Source: Paraspadella gotoi
Lineage: Eukaryota > Animalia > Chaetognatha
Reading direction: 5' to 3'
DNA: 64,000 bases
Assembly: GCA_051294375.1 (NCBI GenBank)
Contig: CM119268.1
Span: forward strand, 6,267,525-6,331,524
The stretch's first letter is position 1, and every line of letters begins with the position of its first letter. Position numbers and translations under genes: made by a program. Below are positions 53,256 to 64,000 of the stretch, one piece after another. Below the pieces are notes generated by a model, which saw only the letters and a program-made list of their open reading frames with translations, ran no database searches and was not told the DNA's origin.

Positions 53256-56200
53256 TCAGTGTCTCTTCTTTTTATACTTTTTCCCTCCGCTTTTGGAAGC
53301 GCAGTTATTTGACGAAGAGTTGGCGGCACCCGGGGTGGCGGAGGAAGAGGCCGCACCGCCCCCGGGAACACCTCCCGCGCCTCCCGAGTTTTTATGGGCG
53401 AAAAAGTTGGAGATCAAATTTTCGATTTCTGCTTCGGACGGCGTTCGGGCTTTCGAGCCGCCAGGTTCTGGCATCCAGGACTCTCCAGATCGATTTCCAC
53501 CTCCACCACCAACTCCTCCGCCTCGACCGCCACCTCCGCCTCGCCCCGATCCGTCGCCGGAGAGCCGGTAAATCACTTGATGAGAATTCGCCGCCATCCT
53601 TTTGAAATTTTCCTTTTTTACCTGAATAAATAAAAACCGATTGGCGCTGTAATCAAAATTCCCCACATCAATAATGATCGTAAGGTTCTCCGTTACGAAC
53701 CTGACACTTGGCCCAGTCAGTGATGTCGAAGACGGCGCCGTTCATGAGTGCATAGTAGCGCCACATCAGACCGAAGTAGACGGTTTCGGCCCAAACGTCA
53801 CCCTCCTTGGCCGAGTGGCGAACGCGGCAGCGGTCGCAGTAGCGCGCCGCATACCAAGGGCGTTCCGTCGGGTGACGCTTGTGCTTCCCGTTACACTGGT
53901 CGCATCTGAGAGAGAAAGAGTTCAAGGTAAATAATAGCTCAAGTAATTGTAAAATTTGAATGAACCAACAGAACTTTTTCCCCTCTTTACGCACCTCATG
54001 GTGTTAGCGGTCTCTTCCATTTTCCTCTGCAGTCTGTTCAACAAATTGCCCAACTCGTCGAGCGCGTCGCGCATCTCGGCGTCGTGGACGGCGCGGGCGT
54101 CATACTTGGCGCGCTTTTCCGCGTCTCCGAGAACGTCGAAGGCGTGGCCGAGAATCTTGAATGCTTCGTCGGCGCCCACTTCTTGATTCTTGTCCGGGTG
54201 AACGAGCATCGCCTGTCGACGATAGTACTTCTTTACGTCCTCGTCGCTGGCGTCGCTGCGCAGACCCAGAATGCTGAAACGGATAGAAGAATTTTAAAAG
54301 ATTAGATGGCTACTCAACTACTCTTACATTAACTGGGTTCATTAAAGTCTAAGCAGAATTTTCAGATACAGCTCTACGTAGTGTTTACATACTCCTTTAA
54401 GGGATGAACGAATAAAACCTGTAAGGGTCCTTCCCCTTTCCCGCCAAAAGCCTTTTCAACGCCTCATCCCCGGTCGTCGGAAGCGCGATGTTTTCCTCCA
54501 GTCCAATCTTGACCCGTCTGCTCCCTCCGCCGTCGCCGCCCGGGAAAAATCGACGAAAAAGTTTGGCCAGCCATTTAAAAGGGGGCTTGTCGCTGAGGCG
54601 GAGGACGATCAAATCCCGGCCGGCACAGGTTACGAACTTTAACGTTCTGTAAATAGAGAAAGTTCGATAAGTACGATTTCCTGAATTCAGTATTCGCATC
54701 GAATACCTGAAAGAATTGACGGCGAGGAAGACGGCGATCTTGAAAGAGGCGACGGCAGTGACGAGCCCAAGTATGAGGAGTTGTCGCAGAAACCATTTGA
54801 CTCCGGCCAATACTTTGGACAAGTACAATTCATAGATCCTTCGCACGTGGTGCTTGGAAGAACGCCAAAAGTACTTGGCGAACGAGGAGACGTCCCGCGC
54901 CATGTGGGCGAACACGCTCGGGTTGGCGTCCACCGACCATTTTCCCGCGGCGCTGCCGCCGTTGAGCCCGCCGCCAGCATTGTGTTGGCGACCCGGGGCG
55001 GAGGCGCCCGGCGGCGTTGCGCCGCGACCCGTCTGCGTGGCTCTGGTGTGATTCGCGTGGTTGTTGAGTGATTGGGCGGCGAGAGCGTTTTTCTCGGGCG
55101 CCAGGCAGGATCGATCACCTGCCCCATTTTTGTTGTTGTTTTTCTTCCGACCGTTGTCGCTCTTGTTAACAAATGGGCGACGTCGAGTCGGCGTTTCTTC
55201 GAGTGCGACATTCGCGGCGTCGTCTTCGCTGCCCTGATCCTCCTCGTTGTCCTCTTCCCGCTCATCATCCTCCATCTCTTCCTCCCTTTCTCCTTCCGAA
55301 TCTTCTTCTCTTTCCCCGTCGCTCGTCAAAAGATTGTGGAGTTGAGAAAATCCGAAAGACTTGGCGCTCGTCGACGGGTGGAGGTTATCCATGAAGTTGG
55401 GGTGTTTCTTGGAGAAGGAGTCGGCCGACCCAACGTTGTTATTGTGATTCTTAACGACCTTGCCGTTGTTGAGGACGAAAGTGTCCGAGTTTGCCGACGA
55501 AGGCTGGACGGTAGAAGCGGAGTAGAACGGCGACGAACATAGGCTCTCTTTGGAAGGAGCGGCGGCGGCGACGGCTGTCTTGATCGGCGTGGCTTTGCCG
55601 GCGGTAACGGGGCCGTTGGGACGGGATTTGAGAGACGCGGACGCCTGCGCTTTGTCCGACGCCGAGTTGGATCGAGAAGTTCGGTGACGCCTGTTCGCCT
55701 CTGGGTCCGACCTTCCACCGCCGCCTCCACCAAAGACGTCACCGTTTGAACCCGCGTGGACGGACTTGGCACCGGAACGCTGTTCCTTCGTTTCTTTCGC
55801 ACGCGGCGTCGTTTTAACGTCGGAGGCGGTGTTTCCGGCGCCGACGACGCGATTCTCCCTTTTCTGTTTAAAGGCGTCGGGAAAAAGATTTCCGGCCCAA
55901 GTGGTGTGGCGAGGAGGAGGAGAGATGGCGGGGGAATGGTTCGACGAAACTGATATAATGATATTAATGGCAGAACGTTAAAAAAATTTACTACTCCTTT
56001 AGGATGAGTAACAAAATAAGTATTCACCTGAAACCGGAAACGAGTTTAAAGACATGAGTGCCGGAATTGCAGGTTTCGGTGTCGTCGAGGTCGAGGTCGA
56101 GGTCGTCGTCGTCGTCGTCGTCGAAGCCTTTTGTGCCGGTATTGTCTCACTTTGCGCAGACGGCTGCGACTGAGAAGGTGTCGTCGACGCTTTGGCGTTT

Positions 56201-57570
56201 TGCCCACCGACGTTCGCCGCGCCGCACTTATTGGCCGTAACGTCAGAGTAACTCCTTAGTTTCCCCAAACTGGGCGTCTTTTTGGGAGTGGTGGACTGAG
56301 GCGCCCCGTCGACGGTCGCAGCTTTGGAGACAGTAACGGCTTCGCCTCCCTTACTCTTCCCGCCATTTTTCTTGGAGCCCCGCCCGCCGGCGCCATCGTT
56401 TTTCCTGGACGATGTGGACGAGGAGGAAGAGCTGTTATCCCCGCCATCCGCCGAGTCTAACGGAACCGAATTCAACGAATTAGACTTGCGGTGCTTTGAG
56501 TTGGCTCCTCCAGTCGCTGAAGGCTCGGGGTTAGCTGCGCCAGGTCTTTCTGCTTTCACGGCAGCGCTTTCGTTCTGCGCATTCATCTCAGCTTGCAGGA
56601 GTGCTAGTGCCTGGTTCGACGAATCAGGAGGAAAAGGGGAGTCGGACATTTTAATCAAAGGAGCGCCGGCGGCTGCGGCCGCGGCAGCGGCACCGGGCGA
56701 AGAATAGCGGCGGCTCTGGAGATTGTTCGCGGGAGAAACGTCGAGGTATTCGCCGTCAAACGAAGAGCCAGCAATCAATTTCTTGGGCAAGCCTGGACTA
56801 GCCGACGGGTGAAACATCGTAGTGGGCACGACATTCGGCAGAGCGTTGGGCATGAGATTGGGCATCGGGTTTACCAATCCGTTTGGCATGGCGTTGTGCA
56901 GCGGTTTCGGCGACTGCGAAGAGGCTTTCCACAAAAGCGACTCGGATGAAGTAAAAGGGTCGTAGACGCGATTGAAGTTTCCGGACGTTGGGGTGGACGA
57001 AGACGGCGCATGGCAAGGCAGGGTGACGGTGGCAGGGGGTTCCAGCGGGGGAGGCGCGTTTGCGTCTAAAGGACCGAACGAAAACAAAGAGCTGTTAGAC
57101 TGTGACTGACTCCAGTGCGCCGAGGAAGACGATGTCGGGAGCCGTAGATCGTTGGCAGCCATCGGGTGCCCTTCGGACACCATAGGGGGCGCGGGCAAAA
57201 GGCTAAGGCCAAAGGGTGGATGGAGGTTTTGGGGAACCCCTTCGGTAAACGGCGAAGCAGTGGGACCCACGGAGATGCCGGGCGGAAGACGGCCGGGCGG
57301 CTGCATTTGCTGCTGATATTGAAGTTGATGCTGCTGGTGCCACGGGGCCGACCAAAGGTGATGAGAGCCAGGGCGTTGACCAACTACGCCCACGGGGTTT
57401 CCCACGGGGTTGCCCGCGCCGGCGCCGCCTCCGACCCAAGCAACGTCGGGGGGCTGAGAGAGCGAGGGAGGTAGAGCGTTGGTCCAATCCAAGGGATGGT
57501 GAAGGGGTCCGCTACCATTTGCGTCATCGGCGCCGCCTCCCCCAGAGGTAGAGCCGGATCGATGACTCAT
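53256..57570 (-). CDS. DNAJC14: DnaJ homolog subfamily C member 14 (J-domain plus Jiv90 domain)
   Basis: GLEENIALPTTGDEALKRLL, J-domain (DPYSILG...MLVHPDKN...AFKIL) and Jiv90 (CDQCNGKH...ARYCDRC...HSAKEGDVWAE...FDITDWAKCQ), after a long low-complexity N-terminus; seven exons. Confidence 0.93.
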
Positions 57571-57977
57571 GATTTTTCTCCTCCGGGTAAAGGAGAAAAG
57601 GTGAAAAGAGAAAGAGAGAATCTCGTGGGAGAATTCCCCGCAGAAATTAAATTAAGTCACGTGATCGAATTTCCTCACGGACCCGGAAGCACGGGCGAAG
57701 AATCGGCCGCGAGGGGAAAGGGGCTTCGGAATCAGGTCTCTTCATAATTTAGTGCATCTGAAACGTAACAAAAGTCAACGCATATCAAAAAGTGTAAGAG
57801 AAAAATTTACTAATTTCAGAGAAAACTGAACGAAAAAATACAATTCTGTCGATTTTCAAACGAATTCCCACTCCCACGATGATCCCGTCTTCTACTTTTA
57901 AAAAGAGAATCGAGAGTCGTGGTGAAATCTCCTTCCTCAAAGCGAAAAGACGAATTGCTTCGGATCGGATGAGACCA

Positions 57978-59261
57978 TTAGAACAGCCTATGGCTGGGAC
58001 CCATCGAGCTCTTGACATAGAGAGAACGGACGTTCTGCCAATTTTTTTTTAGCAGAGAAACGAGGAAGTTGATAGCGAGACCAACGTTGTTTGTTAGGTC
58101 TTCCGGGGCCATGGACACATTACCCACGGCCACTGCCAGACATAAAACCTGATCGGAGCAGAAATATGAATTATATGGCATCATCGAAATGGACAAAACT
58201 CGAAAGAAACCTTTTTAAGCTGGAATTTTATGGTGGCTTTTAACTCTTCGACCTTAGCCACCATGTTGTCGCTGTGGGTTATCATGGTAGGAAACTTGCC
58301 CGCCTTGTTGAGTCCAGGGCCAAGGATTCGAGGGATCTGTATCGGAATAAGCACGCAGCATAAAATCTCGAAAAGAACCCACAATTATCTTTAAAAACAT
58401 ACCTGCTTAATAAGCGAGTCTGAAGCCAAAAAAGCATTGTACTTTTTGGCTAATTTTTTCACCAACTTTTTATTTTTGTTTAACTTCTTCAAAGATTCCT
58501 GATCCATGCACGCAATTCCGTTCGCTAAATATAATAAAATATATCAATTTGATTAAAAAACGGGTTAACATTAGTTAAATTGGTTTTCAAATTAAATTAT
58601 TATAAAAATAAAATCATGAATTTCCTTTCGTTGTGTTTTGAATTAGTAGAAGACGTTTTAAATTGGTTGCAACAACGATTTTTATGGTAAAAAAGACGTA
58701 CATGTTTACATTTCTACTAAAAATAAAATCTAAAATTCTGAATGAAATTATGATTCTTATCGAAACCCCCCTCCATATTCGCCTTTTGGGAAGACAAAAG
58801 GCTAATGCGGGGGGGTTTCTGAAAAAGAATTAAGATTAAATTTTTCACTTGCCTTGGGCCTCGTCGCAATGTTGCTGATCACCCAAAATGCACACTTTAA
58901 ACTTCGGTCTCGGCACGTGGCGTAATTTGACGGTGCCTGACAAGAGAAACAAACATTCACAATTAAACAAAGATTTATACATACCTTATCTAAAGTTTGT
59001 TTTTTTTGCCTGAAAATCGCTTTTCCTTTTGCGGATCGTAATTCTTTAGGTTGACCTGAAAAAATACCATCAATTCTAGGAGTTTTATAACGGAACAAGC
59101 AAAGTATACTATCATCAGTAAGTAAAATAATTCAGTTTGAAATAATCAGTAGGGCCTACCTGCAGTTCAACCGTCTCCAAAAATTTTCTTGGCTTGGCCT
59201 TGGATCGGTCGAGGACGGCGGTGACGCCTTCGAAGATCGTGTCGCGGGAAACTTTGCTCAT
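57978..59261 (-). CDS. RPL10A: 60S ribosomal protein L10a (uL1)
   Basis: MSKVSRDT...[28 protein letters not shown]...[16 protein letters not shown]...[23 protein letters not shown]; six exons, two GC-AG introns. Confidence 0.98.
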
Positions 59262-59616
59262 TTTCGACAGAATTCAAAAAACTGGTTTTCGAAGGAAAAA
59301 ATAATCTCAACAAGCGCATACTAATTAATTAAAAAATATAGCAACAAGAATATTTTTGACAAGCGATAGATTCAATAGAAAATTTAACAAAAATTTGTCA
59401 ACTAATGCCAATGGATGATGTAAAATAAAAATTGTGTATAAATGCTATGTCCCAAAACTATTGCGTTAAAAAGTATCTTTGGATACATGACAGTTAAAAG
59501 TAGATATGAGTAAAATAAGATAAAAAATCTCAAAGTAAAAACCGTCGAAATTTATAAATCATGCTCAAAAACATGCGAGCCTCCGATGGGAGTTTGTAAA
59601 AAAAAGATCACAACGA

Positions 59617-60756
59617 TCAAGCGAAAGGAGTTATGGGGTAATTCCCTCCCCAGGCGGCGATCTTGTTGTTGATGGGACCCTTGAAAAACTTTGGAGATTT
59701 CATGTAGGCTTTGATCTTTGGTTCCTCCATCATGCGCAGGTGAAAGGCCTTCAAATTCGGCGATTTGTCTAGGCATCCCGGTTTAAAGATCAAATGTTGA
59801 TCCAGTAACTCGAACAACACGAAATCTGACGATGAAAATGTTAACAAAATCGTAGTATTCACTATCCATGCCCTTTTATTTATCAAAATGAATAAGTATT
59901 GATTAATTCTCTCTTTCCCTCCGCGTACCGGGCAGCGTGACGACCTTGCCGGCGAGCCAGGGGCCCTCGCCAAGGTAGCGCTCATAAGGCTCCAGAGTTT
60001 CGGTGATGCTCGCAGCATAGGCTGGTGCCTTTTCCTCGAAGTTGACGCCGAGAAACTGTCCGTAGCAGACTTTGACCCACTGCCAGCGGAAGTCCAAGAG
60101 CTGCTCGGTCGCTTGCTCGACGCTTCGGACGGGGCGGTAAAACGAGGACCGTGTGAAAAATATATCAGGGGACGAACTGACAAATCACCGCTTACCGGTC
60201 TTTTTCCTGATCAGTGTTGCCCATCAAGTTGTGCTTTCGCGCAAGGTGGCGCAAAATCGCGCCGCTTTGCGTCAATTTGACGTCTCCATTTTTGTAGTAG
60301 GGAAGGTTAGGAAAATCCAGACCTGAAGTGTTCGATAAACATTGGTTATTCGCGCGGAAAAAAAGAGGGAAAGAAAAAATAAGCAACTTGCCGATTTGGA
60401 ACTTTTCTTTAAGCCAGTCTTGGGTCCCAAACTCCGGAGCGTCCGTCATTTCGTACATAACATCTTCCCATTCCTCACCAGCGTAAGCCATAAGCATCCT
60501 TAAATTTAAAAAGTTGACCATGAAAAGTTCTGAAAGTTCCCTTAACCGAATGATACAAAAAACAAGCGTAAAAAAGTACAAACTTTGAAAAACGGCAAAA
60601 AATTCAGATAGAGCCAATAATAAATATCACAATCAGTAAATCACCGAGAAAAAAAACGTGGTCGATCTGACACAATAACTCGAGGAATTTTAATCGTACA
60701 AACCTGATTGGTTGAGCAAGGCCACGAATTTTCCAATAACCCAAAACAGCCGGCAT
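59617..60756 (-). CDS. Glutathione S-transferase, Mu class
   Basis: MPAVLGYWKIRGLAQPIR, Mu-loop region DAPEFGTQDWLKEKF, GLDFPNLPYY, LTQSGAILRHLARKH, C-terminal GPINNKIAAWG; five exons. Confidence 0.93.
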
Positions 60757-61126
60757 GGCGATTAAAAAAGTTGACGACGTAAAAAATAAACGAATAAAAA
60801 AATGTTTGATCTGAAATAAATTTAAAGAATCTGGAAGATGTGGGGGATAACTGATGAAAAAAAACATTTCATTTTCAATTGATGACGATGATTGGCTTAA
60901 AAAAATATATCAACTTTGAGCCAAAAGGCTCTCCAGATTCGACTAGCGCAGTCACAAATCAAGTCCCTACATTATGAACGATGGCATCACTGCAAATTCA
61001 TCACAATCAAGAAAAATATCTTTCCCATTTTAGCTAAGACAATTGTCCTATCCATCATAAGGTTAAGAAAAAAAAATGGTTTGGATAAAAAAAAAAAAAA
61101 GAAGAAAAACCTAAAGGCTCTCTTTT

Positions 61127-63809
61127 TCATTTGACGAAACAAAAGGCTTCAAGTCCCCTGAACAAGACATTACTTCGAGCGACCAAGTACGACGGATTGT
61201 AGGCGTGGAGCCCCGGATAGTCGCGTCCGCGAAGAGCGAACGGCACCGACGCTTCCATCTTGATCGCAAGGTCGAATAGGGACTTTCCCGGAGGCGGCGA
61301 CGATTCACTCGCCGATTCCAGGGTTTCCAAAGCGAAGCCGCCCCCGCTGACGGAGAATTGAGGGCGGTAGTCCGTGCGAGATGGGTTAAGGGTGTTCGTC
61401 TCGGCGCTGGAGTCGAGGCCGACGAAACGAAAAATCCGACCTCGATCGGCGGCGTTGGAGTCTGCCCTCCGGTCGGCGCTCAGTTTGACGTCAGCGTCCC
61501 GCAGCGACGGAAGGGAAGTCGCGGGTTGTACGCCCGAGAGGTTTGAAGTCTGTATTTCGGATCGGCGAGCATCGTCTTCGTAGTCGGGGCTTCGGTTGTT
61601 ATTCTCGTCGCTACTGGGGCGAGGGGTTAATTCTTGGACGACTCCATCTATCTGTGGCGAGACGCTCTCAGCGGCGACGTCATTTCCCGCGCTGGCGACC
61701 GAGGCAACGCGGTCCTTACGGTCTTTTCGATCTTTGGATTCGCTCCTCAAGCGCATCGTGGTCGGTTGCTCGGCTATGCGCCGCTCGAAAAGGCTGTTAA
61801 CCCGTGCGGCGCCCTTGTCTTTGATCAGTTGTAAAGTGGCGGCTCGAAGTTCTTCCGTGAATCTTGAAACGAAAATATTCAAACTATTAGTAATATATTA
61901 CACCGAACAAACAAATTGGTATTTTAATTTATGGCAACTAACTTGGGCACGCCGGTGGACGCCATCCAGTTCATCGCCGCCGAAGGAATTGTCGCCTGAG
62001 GATCGTCGTAATAAGTAAGCACGTAATCTAATCCTTTGTCCTGGAACTTCCCGTGCGGCCGGATCACCATGTTGGACATGTATCGGTGAACGCGAACATA
62101 CTTTTTCCTGTGGGTGCGACGAATTATATTCGGTGGTAACTTCCCAATTTACTCCCCTTAGACGTACGATATCGGCTCCTTGGGATGTTCCACCCCTTTC
62201 GACATGAGGACAGCGACGTTGTTCTCGCGATCGACGAGGAATCGGCGGACGTAAACGTAGTCTCGTCGACTCATCGGAAACGGATAGTGGGTCACCCAGT
62301 GGACCACCTCCGATCCAGAGGCCCTGTCCCGGTCGATCACGTCCAAGGAGACGACGAGCTTGTCCCAAGCTAAAAAGGCAGGGATAGATTTGAAAAGGAA
62401 CTATTGACGTGGATTTCATTCTTGAAGACCCCCTTACCCTTGCGGTATTCGAGATCGACTTGGATGAGATAAAATGCAGCGGCGGGGACGTCGTCCCATG
62501 TCCCGAAAACCTTGTACTGAAAAAGTTCATCGTCGAAGATTGGGCGGCGCCAAACTTTAAGGTTCGGTTTGTCCATCACCGGCTCCCAACCTAATCGCGA
62601 TTTTTAAGAAGATCGCGACTGAAATGGATAAGGCAATCAGCACATTACTTGCCAACCTTCAAGGCATTCTCCTGCAGCCAAGAAAGCCTCCGATGACGAG
62701 ACGGCGGCCTGCTGCTGCTGCGCCGCCGATGGCGACGAGTGAACGTCGGTTTGAGAGGAACAGTTGGAATCCTGTGAAACGCCGTGGTTTCCATTGTTAT
62801 TGCCATGCAACGAGATGACTCCGGCGTTGAGAACGTCGTCCTCTGGGGAGTGCGGCCGTGACGGCTGCTGCCCCGGCTGCTGCGTGGACGTCGCCTCTCT
62901 CGACCTGCGCTCCATTCGACAGCGGGAGTCGAGGATGAGCTTAATGTTTTCCAGTTGGTGAACATCGTTCACGCAGTGAATCATGTCGTCATCGGAGATG
63001 CCGTCTTTGGCCCAGTGAAATAGACAGGCCGAGAGCATCGTTCCGCCAGCTGATCGAATCCCTAAGGGGGAAAGGTTTTGGGGAAAGGTTTAAGGAAAAC
63101 CAAATTAAGCCTATAAGAACATCCGTTTAATATCGTGACGAATAATAACTTGACTTAAAAGGAACTCGTCCTATGGGGACTGCCTCACACTCAGTGCTGG
63201 CGTCGCATGTGTCTCGCTCGATTCTATCTATCGAGCTCATTTCCGAGGAGATTACATCAAACTTGAACAATTTTGAAAACTCTTGCTGGCTTTTACTTCA
63301 TGCCAGAGATATTTTGACGAGCTTCTTCACAGCTCTCTAATGAGGGCTATACTTTTTTTCCGTAGAAACATTTCCTTTTCGACGAGTCTATAGCCTTTCC
63401 ATAATAACGTACCTACGACGGCCTCGTCGTCCATGATGGATCGAAACCGCGTGGCGTAACCGCGCATTACTTTTCGGACGGTTTGCTCCGAGTATATTTC
63501 GCGGTAGAGTTGAAGAATTTTGACGAGGCGCCGCACGCGAAGCGCCGCCACGGAGTGGCATTGCAAAGCGATCTCTTGCGAAGTCTGACGCCCACTTTTG
63601 GCGCTCGTTCGACCACGAAGCCAACACGTCAGACGGAAGTCGCGTCTTGGCCCAGCGGGGGAAGCGCGATGGAGACTGAAATTTAAAACTAATGTGTCAA
63701 CTTTCTCTCGTAACGGCTGACAGAAAAATCAATTGTGGCCTCACCATGACGCCTCCAACGAAGAACTGGCGTACGACCTCAGGAACATAACTGATTTCCA
63801 CGCCATCAT
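61127..63809 (-). CDS. STARD7: StAR-related lipid transfer protein 7 (PC transfer) with C-terminal extension
   Basis: QCHSVAALRVRRLVKILQLYREIYSE, then a START domain (LKVWRR...YKVFGT...QVDLEYRKAWDKLV...HWVTHYPFPMSRRDYVYVRR...DYVLTYYDDPQ); seven exons. Confidence 0.9.
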
Positions 63810-64000
63810 TGACCCCGTCCTTAGCCCCAAGGATGATTAGTTTTAGCTAATTCTAGTCCGACGCTCATATTTTACATAATTTCAAAAAGGCTTAACAACT
63901 AAAAATCAAAGTTAATAATGAAATAATTAAATTCGGCTAATTTTTTTCTGGTTTTTTGTTTGGTTTTGTGTTTTTTTTTTAAACAAGAGGAAAAGATCGA

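Noticed and set aside
60940-61010. TGATGA in the STARD7-GST spacer as a box C/D snoRNA
   Set aside because: There is no downstream CTGA box D with a terminal stem.

Overview
Compact, intron-rich animal (invertebrate metazoan) genomic DNA, with GC-rich exons and short AT-rich introns. I hand-assembled 21 multi-exon protein-coding genes. In transcription order (right to left) they are STARD7, GST-Mu, RPL10A, DNAJC14, a BRCA2-like gene, STIP1/Hop, Pur-alpha, KRIT1, LETMD1, COQ10, SERBP1/Vig-like, a secreted cyclase-family hydrolase, PGGT1B, ITPA, ZNHIT2, CIB, an aldo-keto reductase, a DUF4392/DGLUCY-like gene, TMEM53-like, a septin and MAP4K3/5 (partial). All 21 lie on the minus strand. Many are only 155-460 bp from the upstream stop codon, and the spacers are U-rich with an unpaired branch-point/AG acceptor before the ATG. 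This points to long polycistronic (operon-like) transcription resolved by spliced-leader trans-splicing; that is an inference, and no SL RNA gene is visible here. Other notable points: about 8 of about 93 introns need GC donors; the BRCA2 homolog stops before its DNA-binding domain; a 719-bp TRIM-like LTR element has a 4-bp TSD; a tRNA-derived SINE carries a twister-ribozyme-like module; an inverted repeat pair has degenerate hammerhead cores; an RPL10A intron is strongly structured; and an NF-Y-type promoter has three CCAAT pairs each 32 bp apart. Frameshifts near an N-gap are probably assembly errors. All gene models are manual, and the homology calls come from motif recognition, not database searches.
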